Assembly: GCA_965261345.1 (NCBI GenBank)
Contig: OZ253449.1
Location: forward strand, 1,763,317-1,827,316
Direction of reading: 5' to 3'
Source of the DNA: Chloroflexota bacterium
GTDB taxonomy: Bacteria > Chloroflexota > UBA11872 > VXNJ01
DNA: 64,000 nucleotides
Within the stretch, counting starts at the first letter, position 1. Each line of letters starts with the position of its first letter. The notes beneath the pieces were generated by a model. That model was not told the origin of the DNA. It searched no databases and saw nothing but the letters and a program-made list of their open reading frames with translations. Of this stretch, positions 38,151 to 48,498 are shown in pieces. Position numbers and translations under genes: made by a program.

Positions 38151-38483
38151 GCACGATCGCCGCGGTTGGTCATAATTTGGCCGACAGGGTTCTCGACGCC
38201 GTACGATACCGTGTCAGCCCCAGATCGGTTCCAACAGCTCTTAAAAGGGAGCTTGGCTGGTGGCGGGGACGGCTTTTCGCAGTTGTTTCCGTCGGCCGCG
38301 GGCACCCACCTGGTAACCCGGGGACTGTTGGGGCGCACGCCGGCGGCGGTGGTGAACCCTGTCTTATGTTCGGCTCGGCCGCGGGGCAATCCTTTTCTCC
38401 CGCCGCTGCGTATATAAATACATGCGGGGCCCAATCCATTACCAGTCTGCCCAGGCCGATCTTGGACTAAGAAAACTAGCCTG

Positions 38484-39134
38484 ATGATCAACTACGGCCG
38501 GATCGCGGCCTCAAAAGCAGCTTCCGCAAGCGCGGTCGACCCGGCCGCGATCGAGCGGGTATCACGCACCCAGGATGCCGAGCTCGCGGCCAGGATCTTG
38601 GAGCGTGACGGAGCAGCCCTGGCCGAACTGTACGACCGCCTGGCCGGTTTGCTGCACGCGCTGGCCCGCCAGCGGGTTCCGCCCGAGGTCGCCGACGAGA
38701 TCGTCCAGGACACCTTCGTGCGGGTCTGGCGCCGAATCTCAACCTTTGATCCCGAACGGGGCCGGTTGGATTCCTGGGTGCTGCGGATCGGGCGCAACCT
38801 GACCTTTGACGAACTGCGGCGGATGCGCAGCCGGCCGCAGACCGTACCCGGCGATTGGTACCGGGGCGAGAACGATATCGATGAGAACGCGATTGATCCG
38901 GCGGCGGCGCTAGTCGGCGCGCAATTGCGGGCGAGAGTGCGTTCTGCCTGTTCACAGTTGCCGGCCGAGCAGGCCAAGGTAATCGAGCTGGCCTACTTCC
39001 AAGGCCACACTCAATCCGAAATTTCCGGGATTCTGCAAATCCCGTTGGGGACCGTTAAGTCGCGCACGCGGGCCGCGCTCATGGCGCTGCGCGACCGACT
39101 CCCCGACCTGGCCAAGCTTCCGTCAGGGTCCTGA
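38484..39134 (+). CDS. ECF (sigma-70 family, group 4) RNA polymerase sigma factor
   Basis: Region 2 (DEIVQDTFVRVWRR) and region 4 HTH (ELAYFQGHTQSEISGILQIPLGTVKSR). Confidence 0.85.
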   Translation: MINYGRIAASKAASASAVDPAAIERVSRTQDAELAARILERDGAALAELYDRLAGLLHALARQRVPPEVADEIVQDTFVRVWRRISTFDPERGRLDSWVLRIGRNLTFDELRRMRSRPQTVPGDWYRGENDIDENAIDPAAALVGAQLRARVRSACSQLPAEQAKVIELAYFQGHTQSEISGILQIPLGTVKSRTRAALMALRDRLPDLAKLPSGS

Positions 39135-39136
39135 GC

Positions 39137-39922
39137 ATGCCACCAGAGTTCGACCGCCAACGGATCGAGGAACTCCTCGCGGCGCGGGCATTGGGCTGCA
39201 TCGATGCCGAGGACGCCCGCATGCTCGAGGCGATCCTGGCCGAGAATCCCGGCCTTGAGCGGGAGCTGTCCGAGCTGGAGGAAACCGCCAGTCTACTCAG
39301 CTTTGGCCTTGACCCCTCTCATCCGAATCCCGAAGTGCGGCGGCGGGTGCTTGCCACCTGCGGCTGCCAGGTCGAAGCCTGGTGGAATCGTCTGGCCAAC
39401 CTGCGCTGGTTCCCGGCGATGGCGACTACCTCGGCGGTGACCGCTTCGGTGCTGGTGGCGGTATTTGCCACCTCGAACGTCCTCAATTCGGAAATCGAGG
39501 GTCTGCAGACCCAGGTGGCCAGCGACAGCAGCAGCTGGCAGGTGCTCGAGCGCGAGTGCTCGGCCCTGGCTCAGTCCGAAGGAGGCGGGGTGTTGCTGGA
39601 GGGGCAGGGTCCGGCGGCGGACGCGCGCGGATGTCTTTTGATGACCTCGAATCCGCGCCAGGCGATGCTCTTCGTCTCGGGGCTCGACACGGTGGCGGTC
39701 GACGGCCACTCGTTCCGCGTTTGGCTGGGCGACGGCAACCGCGCCGACCTCTCCTACGGCGGGTCCTGTCCGGCCTGGCGCTCGGGCCGGGCGGTGGTGA
39801 CTCTAAATACGGTCGCGCCGATCAATTCCTACCAGGACTTGGTGCTTACCGTCGAACCGGCCTCCCACACTGGTGACGAACCGATCGGTGAGCCGGTACT
39901 GTGGGCCGATTTGAAGGTATAG
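39137..39922 (+). CDS. putative anti-sigma factor (RskA-like: N-terminal anti-sigma domain, 1 TM, extracytoplasmic domain)
   Basis: It starts 3 nt after the sigma-factor stop. Cys-containing N-domain, TM helix AVTASVLVAVFATS, C-terminal anti-sigma-K-like region. Confidence 0.65.
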   Translation: MPPEFDRQRIEELLAARALGCIDAEDARMLEAILAENPGLERELSELEETASLLSFGLDPSHPNPEVRRRVLATCGCQVEAWWNRLANLRWFPAMATTSAVTASVLVAVFATSNVLNSEIEGLQTQVASDSSSWQVLERECSALAQSEGGGVLLEGQGPAADARGCLLMTSNPRQAMLFVSGLDTVAVDGHSFRVWLGDGNRADLSYGGSCPAWRSGRAVVTLNTVAPINSYQDLVLTVEPASHTGDEPIGEPVLWADLKV

Positions 39923-39950
39923 GCGGAATCGGGCGCCGAACGCGCGCCCG

Positions 39951-41762
39951 CTAGCTGGATCGCGCCAGTGCCTCGGTCATTTCGGCATCGGCCAGCTCAA
40001 ATCCGATCTCATACATCCGGCGGTAGTGGCCATGCTGGGCCAGCAGTTGCTCGTGCGTCCCGCGTTCGATTATTTGGCCCGCATCGACGACCAGGATCTG
40101 ATCGGCGTTCTGGATGGTCGAGAGGCGGTGGGCGATGACGATCGAGGTTCGTCCCTCGATCAACTTGGCCAGGGCCGATTGCACCAGTACTTCGGTTTTG
40201 GTGTCGACCGAGGATGTGGCTTCGTCGAGCACCAAGATGCACGGGTCGATTAGCAGCGCTCGCGCAAACGAGAGCAGTTGTCGCTGGCCCACCGAAAGCT
40301 GGCTGCCGCGTTCGTTTACATAAGTGTCATAACCATAATCCATGGCCAAGATCGACTCGTGCAGGTTGGCGGTCTTGGCCGCAGCGATTACTTCCTCGCG
40401 CGAGGCTCCGGGCCGTCCGTAGGCGATGTTCTGGTGGATGGTGCCCCTAAACAGGAACGGGTCCTGCAGTACCAGGCCCATCTGCGAGCGCAGGGACCGC
40501 TGGGTGACTGTGCGCACATCGTATCCGTCAACTCGAATCGATCCCGAGGAGATGTCGTAAAACCGGTAGAGCAGGTTGACCATGGTGGTCTTGCCCGCCC
40601 CGGTGGCACCGACCAAGGCGAATGTCTGTCCCGGCTCGATCGCAAACGAGACCTTGTGGAGAACCGGTTGATCGGGCAGGTAGGAAAAATCCACCTGGTC
40701 GAAATCAACCCGACCGGATATGGCCGGCAGTTCAATCGCATCGCTGCGGTCCTTGACCAATTCCTCGGTTTCAATGATGCCGAATATGCGTTCGGCCGAG
40801 GCCATCGCCGCCTGGAGTAGGTCAAAACGCACGCCGATCTCCTGGATTGGGCCGAAAAGCCGCTGCACATAAAGCAGGAACGTTACGACCACCCCCAACT
40901 GCAGGGCACCTTCACCAAGCACCAGCGAGCCGCCGTAAACCAGCACCGCGGCAATTGCGACGGCCGCCAGAATATCGGTTACCGGGATGATGGTTACCCC
41001 GATCAATCGCGCTTTTCGGTGGGCGTCCAGTGTCTTCTGGGTAACCAGACCGAAAAGGCGTTCGTTCTCGCGCTCGCGGGTAAAGGATTTGGTGGTGCGG
41101 ATACCCAGTATGCTCTCGGCCAGATTGGCGTTGGTTTCCGAGAGCAGGGCCCGGACCCAGCGATAGGCGCGCGCCGCATGAATCCGGAACAGCGCACCGA
41201 AAATGGCCAGCAACGGCATGACCGCAAACGCTACCAGCGCCAGCTGCCACGACAGGCTGAGCATGATGATAAATACGCCGCACACCGTGATCAGGTCCAC
41301 GACCGTCCAGACCAGCCCTTCGGTCATGACCTCGTTGAGGGTGTAGACGTCGCCCAGAAAGCGCGAGAGGATGGACCCGGAATTGGTGCGGTCAAAGAAT
41401 CCCAGCGAGAGTCGTTGAATCTTGTTAAACATCTCCATCCGGATCTGGTACATCATCGACTGGCCGATGTTGCCGGTCGTCCAGACCATTAATCCGGCCG
41501 CGACCGAGGCCGCGGTCGCCAGGAATAAATAGGCCAGCGACATTTGCCCGAGCAGGACGACATCACTGGCGGCGATGCCGCGGTCGATCGCCACCCCAAC
41601 CACAATCGGCTGAATCATATTGGCAACCGTAATGACCGCCCCGAGCGTGCCAGCCAGCATCACGCGCCGCGGTCTGGCGAGGGTATAGGCGAACATTCGG
41701 CGAAAGAGCCCGGCATTAAACGGTGCTCGCGCCCGCTCGATATCGTGCCGGTAGTGGATCAC
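39951..41762 (-). CDS. ABC transporter permease/ATP-binding protein (exporter half of a heterodimer)
   Basis: 6-TM domain plus NBD with GATGAGKTT Walker A, LSVGQRQLLSFARALL signature and ILVLDEATSSVD Walker B. Confidence 0.9.
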   Translation of the reverse strand: MIHYRHDIERARAPFNAGLFRRMFAYTLARPRRVMLAGTLGAVITVANMIQPIVVGVAIDRGIAASDVVLLGQMSLAYLFLATAASVAAGLMVWTTGNIGQSMMYQIRMEMFNKIQRLSLGFFDRTNSGSILSRFLGDVYTLNEVMTEGLVWTVVDLITVCGVFIIMLSLSWQLALVAFAVMPLLAIFGALFRIHAARAYRWVRALLSETNANLAESILGIRTTKSFTRERENERLFGLVTQKTLDAHRKARLIGVTIIPVTDILAAVAIAAVLVYGGSLVLGEGALQLGVVVTFLLYVQRLFGPIQEIGVRFDLLQAAMASAERIFGIIETEELVKDRSDAIELPAISGRVDFDQVDFSYLPDQPVLHKVSFAIEPGQTFALVGATGAGKTTMVNLLYRFYDISSGSIRVDGYDVRTVTQRSLRSQMGLVLQDPFLFRGTIHQNIAYGRPGASREEVIAAAKTANLHESILAMDYGYDTYVNERGSQLSVGQRQLLSFARALLIDPCILVLDEATSSVDTKTEVLVQSALAKLIEGRTSIVIAHRLSTIQNADQILVVDAGQIIERGTHEQLLAQHGHYRRMYEIGFELADAEMTEALARSS

Positions 41763-43453
41763 CGGCGGATCGGTTGGGCGATCGCCTGCAGGCGAAAGAT
41801 CTCGGCGTAGAGCCGATCGAGTTCCAGCAGCTCCGCATGGGTGCCGCGCTCGGTGATCTGTCCGTCCTCCAGCACCAGGATCTCGTCGGCGGCGCGCACC
41901 GAAGACACTCGCTGCGACACGATCAGCGAGGTCCGTCCCGCCAGCTGACGGTCGATGCTCATCTGGATCAGGCGTTCGGTCTCGGTGTCAACCGACGAGG
42001 TTGAATCGTCCATCGCCAGGATCGGCGCGTCCATCACCAGCGCCCGGGCGATTGTTACCCGTTGCCGCTGCCCGCCCGAAAGTCCCACCCCGCGTTCCCC
42101 GACGACAGTTTCGTAGGTTTCGGGCAGGGTGTCGATGAACCGTGAGGCTTGGGCCTGGCTGGCGGCCGACCGCACCGACTGCGGGTCGAGGTCGGGTCGC
42201 GCAAAGGCGATGTTTTTGCTTACGGTGTTGGTGAAAAGATAGGGGTCCTGGGCCACTGAAGAAATGTGCCAGCGCAATTCTTTGGCGTCGAAATCGGAAA
42301 TCGGTCGCTGCCCGACTAGGATCTGACCGCGTTGTGGCTGGTAGTGGGCCTGCAGGAGATTGAGCAGGGTGGTCTTGCCGGATGCGGTCGGGCCGATAAT
42401 GCCGATCGTGCCGCCGGCGCGCACGTTGAACGAGACTCCCTTAATGATCCAGTCGGACCCCGGCGAATAGCGGAACCAGACGTCATCGAAGGCGACTGCG
42501 AGACCCTCGCGCGGGCGGTCTGGCGGCGGCGACTCCTCGACCACAGGCGGGCTGCGGTCAATGATTTCAAATATTCGTTCGGCGGCCACTATTCCGTTGA
42601 TCATCCGCTGCACGAACGCTCCCAGCATCCGGGTGGGCTGGATAAGCGCCCCCATGTAGATGTTGAATGAGATCACGTCGCCGATGCTGGCCTCGCCAGC
42701 GCCAACCAGTGAAAATCCATACCAGATCAGGACCACGGTTCCGATCGAGGACATAAAGAAAAGCACCGGCAGAAAGATCGCGAAATAGCGAATCGTGCCG
42801 AGGATCTTTTGCACCAGGACTTCAACTTCGCCCTCGAACCGCTCAATCTCGCGGTCCTCCTGGGCGAAGGACTTAACAACCCGGATGCCATTTAGGGATT
42901 CGGTCAGCACGTCGGTAAGGATCGAACGCTGGCGCATCACCGCCTGCCACTGGTAGCGGAATCGGCGCCCGAAATACAAGGTCCAGGCAATCATCAGTGG
43001 CAGCATGACCAGGGTTGCCAGGGCCAGTTTGAAGTTGATCGTAAGCATCAACGCGGCAAAGAAGGCGTACTTGCCCACCGATTCCGAGACCAGCAAAAAG
43101 CTCATCGCACCACCCTGGCTGGCAGATTGCACATCCGAGATGCCGCGTGTGATCAGGTCGCCCGAATTGTTGCGATCAAAGTAGCTGAAAGGCATCCGGT
43201 TGAGCGCCGCGAAATAGGCATTGCGCACGTCACGCGCAACCAATTGCGCGCCGTAGTGATTGGAGAATCCAAAAACGGCGGCAAACAGTCCACGCAGCAC
43301 CCACAGCCCTCCCGCCAGCACGGCGAACCGAACTAGGGCGGCGGTATCGTTGGACGCAATCCCTGAATCAATCGCCTCGGCGATTGCCCGCGGAGCAAAC
43401 CCTTCGGCGACGATCGATAGCGCCAGCGCGACCGCCGCCACCGCCCAGATCAA
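41759..43453 (-). CDS. ABC transporter permease/ATP-binding protein (partner half)
   Basis: TMD plus NBD (GPTASGKTT, LSGGQRQRVTIARAL, ILAMDDSTSSVD). 4-nt overlap with the downstream partner. Confidence 0.9.
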   Translation of the reverse strand: MIWAVAAVALALSIVAEGFAPRAIAEAIDSGIASNDTAALVRFAVLAGGLWVLRGLFAAVFGFSNHYGAQLVARDVRNAYFAALNRMPFSYFDRNNSGDLITRGISDVQSASQGGAMSFLLVSESVGKYAFFAALMLTINFKLALATLVMLPLMIAWTLYFGRRFRYQWQAVMRQRSILTDVLTESLNGIRVVKSFAQEDREIERFEGEVEVLVQKILGTIRYFAIFLPVLFFMSSIGTVVLIWYGFSLVGAGEASIGDVISFNIYMGALIQPTRMLGAFVQRMINGIVAAERIFEIIDRSPPVVEESPPPDRPREGLAVAFDDVWFRYSPGSDWIIKGVSFNVRAGGTIGIIGPTASGKTTLLNLLQAHYQPQRGQILVGQRPISDFDAKELRWHISSVAQDPYLFTNTVSKNIAFARPDLDPQSVRSAASQAQASRFIDTLPETYETVVGERGVGLSGGQRQRVTIARALVMDAPILAMDDSTSSVDTETERLIQMSIDRQLAGRTSLIVSQRVSSVRAADEILVLEDGQITERGTHAELLELDRLYAEIFRLQAIAQPIRR

Positions 43454-43623
43454 TTGATGCTGACGGGCGAGCCGCAGCAGGCGCAGGGTTGCTTTCAGCG
43501 CGGCGGATCCTTACATTAAGGAACGGTAATTGGGACGGTGCGCCACCGTCACGGCGAGGCGCAATATCGATTATCCCGCCCTGGACGGGTGGCGCGGACG
43601 GACCGCTTCTCTTACGATTTGCC

Positions 43624-45492
43624 ATGACCCTGCCCAGTCACCCGGCCGAAAGCGGCATCGATCCGGCGCACATCAGTGCGTTGCCAGCCAGCCCCGGCGT
43701 CTACTTGTTCCGCGATTCGGACGGGACCGTCATATATGTCGGCAAGGCCGCTTCATTGCGGGCGCGGGTTCGCTCCTACTTTGGCTCGCGGCGCGGCTAC
43801 ACGCAGAAGAACCTGGCCTTGATCGAACGGATCGCCGGGGTCGAGGTGGTTGTTGGAGCAACCGAGGCCGAGGCGCTGCTGCTCGAGAGCAACCTAGTCA
43901 AACGGTACAAGCCCCGTTTCAATATCGCCCTCCGCGACGACAAGTCGTTTCTCTACATAAAGATTTCGGTCGGCGAGAAGTTCCCGAGGGTCTCCACCAC
44001 ACGTCGCGTTCTCGATGACGGCGCCCGCTATTTCGGTCCCTATGCGAACGCCAAGTCGCTTCGGCGGACCCTCAAATTGATCAACAAATTGTTCCCGTTC
44101 CGGACCTGTGCCTTGGACATGGATCGCCTGTGGGATCGGCCGTGCCTCAAATTCCACATCGATTTGTGCAACGGTCCGTGCATCCGTGCGGTCGAGCCGG
44201 CCGAATACGCCGAGGTAATCGACTCGACGATCCGATTTCTGCGCGGCCGCACCGAACCGCTGGTTGCCGACCTGCGTGGGCAGATGCGCGCCGCCGCCGC
44301 CGCGCAACATTACGAGGCCGCCGCCTTGGCCCGTGATCGCCTGGCGGCGATAGAGAGGGTCATGGCCGGCCAAAGGGCAATCGATGACCGGGCCGGAGAT
44401 ATCGACGCTATTGGAATCGCGCGCGAGAAGCGCCAGGGGCTGGGGTTCGTGCTCAATGTGCGGGCGGGCCGAATCGTCGGCAACAATTCGTTTGGCTTTG
44501 ATCTGGCCGGGACCGAAGAGATTGGCGACATCGCCGGCGAGTTCGTGCGTGAGTACTATGCCCGGGCGGCCGACCTGCCCTCTCTGATCCTGCTTCCGGC
44601 GGTGATTGGCGAGCCCGGAATGGTTACCGCCGCGCTGAGCGCCAAGGCCCGGCGCAAGGTTTCCATCCTGGTTCCCAAACGCGGCGCCCGCCGCCAGTTG
44701 TTGGAGATGGCGACCAAGAATGCCGAGGAATCCCTGCGGATAGACCAACGCGCCCGTGGCAACTCGCGCCGCCGCCTGCGGACCGCGCTTGACCAGATCG
44801 GCGAGGTTCTGGCCCTGCGCCGATTGCCGCGCCGGATCGAATGCTTCGACGTATCGCACCTGCAGGGGTCCAACGTTGTGGCGTCGATGGTGGTCTTCGT
44901 CGATGGTCTGCCGCAGAAATCACAGTACCGGCGGTTTCGCATCAAGGGCGATTGGGGCAACGACGATTTCGCCTCGATGCGCGAGGTCATTTCGCGCCGC
45001 TTTGCCCGATTGGGGTCGCCCGGCGCGGCAACCGCAGGGCGAGGGCGCTCGGGTTTTACCGATCCGCCCGACCTGTTGGTCGTCGATGGTGGACGCGGAC
45101 AGTTGAGCGCGGCCCTCAAGGGGCTCACCGACCAGCGTCAGATCGCTCTGCCGGTTGTGGCCCTGGCCAAGCGCGAAGAGGAGCTCTTTACAACAACCGC
45201 TTTGCGGCCGATCCGAATGCCGGCCAATTCAGATGGTCTCCACCTGCTGCAGCGTATTCGCGACGAGGCCCATCGGTTCGCGATCAGCTACCACTCCAAG
45301 CTGCGCAGCCGCGGCGGACGCCGTTCGCAACTCGACGAAGTTCCCGGAATAGGCCCGGTCCGGCGCCGCCAGCTCATCAGGCACTTTGGCTCACTGGCCG
45401 CAGTGCGCTCGGCCAGCGTCGAGGATCTGGCCAAGGCACCCGGGATTGGGCGATCCACCGCCGAGTCGATCCTGGCCGCGCTGGCCCCCTAG
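43624..45492 (+). CDS. uvrC: excinuclease ABC subunit C
   Basis: GIY-YIG domain (PGVYLFRDSDGTVIYVGKAASLRARV), UvrBC-interaction region, RNase-H-like endonuclease domain and C-terminal HhH pair. Start at ATG 43624 (MTLPSHP...). The track ORF is over-extended. Confidence 0.9.
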   Translation: MTLPSHPAESGIDPAHISALPASPGVYLFRDSDGTVIYVGKAASLRARVRSYFGSRRGYTQKNLALIERIAGVEVVVGATEAEALLLESNLVKRYKPRFNIALRDDKSFLYIKISVGEKFPRVSTTRRVLDDGARYFGPYANAKSLRRTLKLINKLFPFRTCALDMDRLWDRPCLKFHIDLCNGPCIRAVEPAEYAEVIDSTIRFLRGRTEPLVADLRGQMRAAAAAQHYEAAALARDRLAAIERVMAGQRAIDDRAGDIDAIGIAREKRQGLGFVLNVRAGRIVGNNSFGFDLAGTEEIGDIAGEFVREYYARAADLPSLILLPAVIGEPGMVTAALSAKARRKVSILVPKRGARRQLLEMATKNAEESLRIDQRARGNSRRRLRTALDQIGEVLALRRLPRRIECFDVSHLQGSNVVASMVVFVDGLPQKSQYRRFRIKGDWGNDDFASMREVISRRFARLGSPGAATAGRGRSGFTDPPDLLVVDGGRGQLSAALKGLTDQRQIALPVVALAKREEELFTTTALRPIRMPANSDGLHLLQRIRDEAHRFAISYHSKLRSRGGRRSQLDEVPGIGPVRRRQLIRHFGSLAAVRSASVEDLAKAPGIGRSTAESILAALAP

Positions 45493-45498
45493 GCCGGG

Positions 45499-46515
45499 CT
45501 AGTCCAGCTTTACCGCCTCGCCGCTGCGGCCCGACTGGTAGGCGGCCATTACGATCTGCAGATTGCGGTAGCCGGCGGCGAACGAAACCGGAGGCGGTCC
45601 TCCACTTTCCAGCGCGTCGGCGTATTCGGCGAATATGCCTTCAAAACCATAGTCCCAACCGGATCCGCCGGGCAGGCTCACCGCTTCGACGTTCTCGCCG
45701 CGCCGGATCGTAATCGGGCTCTCACCGCCGCGTTCAAACCGCATTACGCCTTCGCGTCCGTGCACCTCTGTCACCGGCAGCGCGCCGCCACCGGCCCAAC
45801 CCTGGTTAATGATTGAGCGTGAGCCGTTAGTGTGGGCCAATTGGATCAGCCCGAGGTCCTCAACGTCGATATCGTGCACGAAGGTCCCAACCCCGGCATA
45901 GACCGAACTGGCCGGCGAACCCATGAAAGCCTCGGCTAGATAGAGCTGATGGTAGGCGTTGTCGATGACCGCGCCGCCGCCGCCGCGCGCCGCCTTGGAT
46001 CGCCAGGTCGGATCGTAGCCAATCGCACCCTGGTAGTGGTCTCCGGAAAAATGCTCACAGCGATAGAGATAAGGGTCGCCGATCGCTCCGCTGGCGATTA
46101 CCTCACGCGCCCGAACGTTGATCGGCTGCCAGAGGTAGTTGTGAATGATGCAGGCCGGCCGGCCGGCGCGTTCCACCGCGGCCACCATCCGGTCGGCTTG
46201 GGCCATGCTGGTGGCCATCGGCTTCTCCATTAGCACCGCCTTGCCGGCGGCGGTCGCATCAAGCAGCGAACGCAGGTGCAGGAAATGCGGAAGCGCCATA
46301 TCGACCAGCTCAACCTCGTCGAGCGCCAGCAGGTCGCTCCACTCGGTAAACCGCCGGTTGGCGGGAACGTTGAGGAGGTCGCCGATCAGGTCACGACGGA
46401 CCGGCGTGGTGTCGCTTACCGCCACCACCTCGAATCGGTTCGCCAGTTCGGCAAACACCGGTGCGTGGCCATCCTCAATGATTCGCCCGCAGCCGATTAT
46501 TCCGACTCTAATCAT
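45499..46515 (-). CDS. Gfo/Idh/MocA-family oxidoreductase
   Basis: N-terminal Rossmann fold (MIRVGIIGCGRI) plus the C-terminal alpha/beta dimerisation domain. 338 aa. Confidence 0.85.
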   Translation of the reverse strand: MIRVGIIGCGRIIEDGHAPVFAELANRFEVVAVSDTTPVRRDLIGDLLNVPANRRFTEWSDLLALDEVELVDMALPHFLHLRSLLDATAAGKAVLMEKPMATSMAQADRMVAAVERAGRPACIIHNYLWQPINVRAREVIASGAIGDPYLYRCEHFSGDHYQGAIGYDPTWRSKAARGGGGAVIDNAYHQLYLAEAFMGSPASSVYAGVGTFVHDIDVEDLGLIQLAHTNGSRSIINQGWAGGGALPVTEVHGREGVMRFERGGESPITIRRGENVEAVSLPGGSGWDYGFEGIFAEYADALESGGPPPVSFAAGYRNLQIVMAAYQSGRSGEAVKLD

Positions 46516-46564
46516 CTAGCCGGCACCGGGTCGTTGATCGGGCTCTGCGGCCTGGCACGGGTGG

Positions 46565-47416
46565 TCAATGGTTATCGCCGCCGATATCAAATTTGAGCAC
46601 TTCCCGCAGGTAGCGGGTGTTGTTGGCCAAGCTCTCCCGCGGAGTGGTTTGACTGCGGTCCAATTCGATCGTTAGCCAGCCGTCGTAATCGGCCTCGCGC
46701 AGAACCTGAACAAACCCCGGCGTGTCGACGATCCCTTCGCCTAGCTCGGAAAAGAACGCCAATGTCGGCGCCCGGCCCTCCTGCTGTTTGTTGGCCTCCG
46801 GGGTTTCCAATTCGGGCGAATAGTCCTTGATGTGGACGTAACTGATGATCGAAGCGTAGCGCTCGCACAGGGCCACCGGGTCGGCGCCGGCCTTGGCGAT
46901 GTGGGCCGGGTCGAGAACCATCTTGACCTTGTCGGTATCGACCATGTCAAAAATCCGGTGGATCTCGCTCTCCTCCTGCACGGGAGTGGCCCAGTGCGGG
47001 TGGATGCCGGCGACTACTCCCATCTCCAGGCAGCGTTCGCCGATCTCATTGGCCACCGTCGCCATGGTTTGGAACTGCTGTTTGCTGGTGCCTTCGGGCA
47101 GGTGCGGCGCGGACGGCCCCAGGACGAGGCGGTCGGCCCCCATCGATGCCAGAAAATCGGCGATCCGCATGTTCCATTCGATCGTCGCCGCTTCCTCGCC
47201 GGCGGCCCAGAAGCGTGCGCCCCCGTAGAGGGCCGTCAAACGCACGCCGGCGTCGTTGAATTTGGCCTGCAATTCATCCTCGCGGCCGGCGAAATCGTCG
47301 ACGACGCCGGCGAACGTCTCGGCCCCGCGGTAGCCGAATTCGGATATTTCCTTGAGCGCCAGATCCAGTTCTTGGCGCCAGGTTATCTGGTGCACGGAGA
47401 GTCGAAAGGTGGCCAT
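46565..47416 (-). CDS. sugar phosphate isomerase/epimerase (xylose-isomerase-like TIM barrel)
   Basis: 283 aa AP-endonuclease-2/xylose-isomerase-like TIM-barrel pattern, IolE/dehydratase-like. Confidence 0.8.
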   Translation of the reverse strand: MATFRLSVHQITWRQELDLALKEISEFGYRGAETFAGVVDDFAGREDELQAKFNDAGVRLTALYGGARFWAAGEEAATIEWNMRIADFLASMGADRLVLGPSAPHLPEGTSKQQFQTMATVANEIGERCLEMGVVAGIHPHWATPVQEESEIHRIFDMVDTDKVKMVLDPAHIAKAGADPVALCERYASIISYVHIKDYSPELETPEANKQQEGRAPTLAFFSELGEGIVDTPGFVQVLREADYDGWLTIELDRSQTTPRESLANNTRYLREVLKFDIGGDNH

Positions 47417-47487
47417 GGCGAGTTTGATCCTTCTTCCAGGTTGCAGTCAGGACTGATTGAATTTAATTTTAGTTGCGACGCCGTTGG

Positions 47488-48477
47488 TCAGGCCCAGTAG
47501 GCCTCGCCGGCGGGTTCGAAAACAGTGGCTTGGCGCAGGACGTCGATTCCTTTTTCCAGACCCTCTTTGGGCGACATCAGGCTGTCTTCGTGCTCAATCG
47601 AGAGCGCACCGTCATAACCTATGAGCCGCAATTCGGACACGATCGCCTTCCAGTCCTCAACGCCGTGGCCGTATCCGATCGAGCGAAAGATCCAGGACCG
47701 TTCGATCTCGCGGGTGTAGGACTTGGTGTCTAGCACACCGGTGCGATCGGCGTTCTGCGGATCTACCTTTACGTCCTTGGCATGGAAATGAAACATCGCT
47801 CCGGCCCGGCCGACCGCCCGGATGGCGGTGGGGATGTCCATCCCTTGCCACCAGAAATGCGAAGGGTCGAAGTTGGCACCGATCCCCTCGCCGACCGAAT
47901 CGCGCAGCAGCAGCAGGGTGTCGATGTTGTAGACACAGAATCCCGGGTGGGCCTCAAGCGCGATTTTGGCGACGCCGTGGTCGGCGGCAAATGCGGTCTG
48001 CTCCTTCCAGAACGGGACAAGCACCTCGTCCCACTGATAGGCAAGAATCGCCGGATAGTCGGGCGGCCAGGCGCAGGTGACCCAATTCGGGTAGGTCGCC
48101 CCGGGCGAGTCGCCGGGGCAGCCGGAGAATGTGATCACGGTGTCCAGGCCCAGCTTTTCGGCCAGCAGGATGGCGTTGCGCTGGTCGGCAAGGTGGCCTG
48201 CGGCCAACTCCCGGTTCGGATGAATGGGATTGCCGTGCATCGACAGGGCCGAGAGCTCCAGGCCGGAATCGGCCAGCACCTGCGAGAACTCGGCAAATTT
48301 TTCATCGCTGGCGAGGAGTTCGGCGGCGTCGCAATGGGCATTGCCCGGATATCCGCCGCAACCCAATTCGATTGATCCGCATCCGACGTCGCGCAGATAG
48401 CCGGCCACTTGGGCCAGCGGCCGGTCGGAGAACAGGACCGCAAAGACTCCGATTTTCACTGTGGAATACCTCCCCAA
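47488..48477 (-). CDS. sugar phosphate isomerase/epimerase (xylose-isomerase-like TIM barrel)
   Basis: 329 aa, same fold family as the preceding gene but a distinct paralog. Confidence 0.8.
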   Translation of the reverse strand: MGRYSTVKIGVFAVLFSDRPLAQVAGYLRDVGCGSIELGCGGYPGNAHCDAAELLASDEKFAEFSQVLADSGLELSALSMHGNPIHPNRELAAGHLADQRNAILLAEKLGLDTVITFSGCPGDSPGATYPNWVTCAWPPDYPAILAYQWDEVLVPFWKEQTAFAADHGVAKIALEAHPGFCVYNIDTLLLLRDSVGEGIGANFDPSHFWWQGMDIPTAIRAVGRAGAMFHFHAKDVKVDPQNADRTGVLDTKSYTREIERSWIFRSIGYGHGVEDWKAIVSELRLIGYDGALSIEHEDSLMSPKEGLEKGIDVLRQATVFEPAGEAYWA

Positions 48478-48498
48478 AGAATCATTTGGAAATATGGC

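Noticed and set aside
38166-38470. 83-aa and 97-aa + strand ORFs in the aspS-sigma intergenic region
   Set aside because: Gly/Pro/Ala-rich translations with no start-site context. The region is treated as non-coding.
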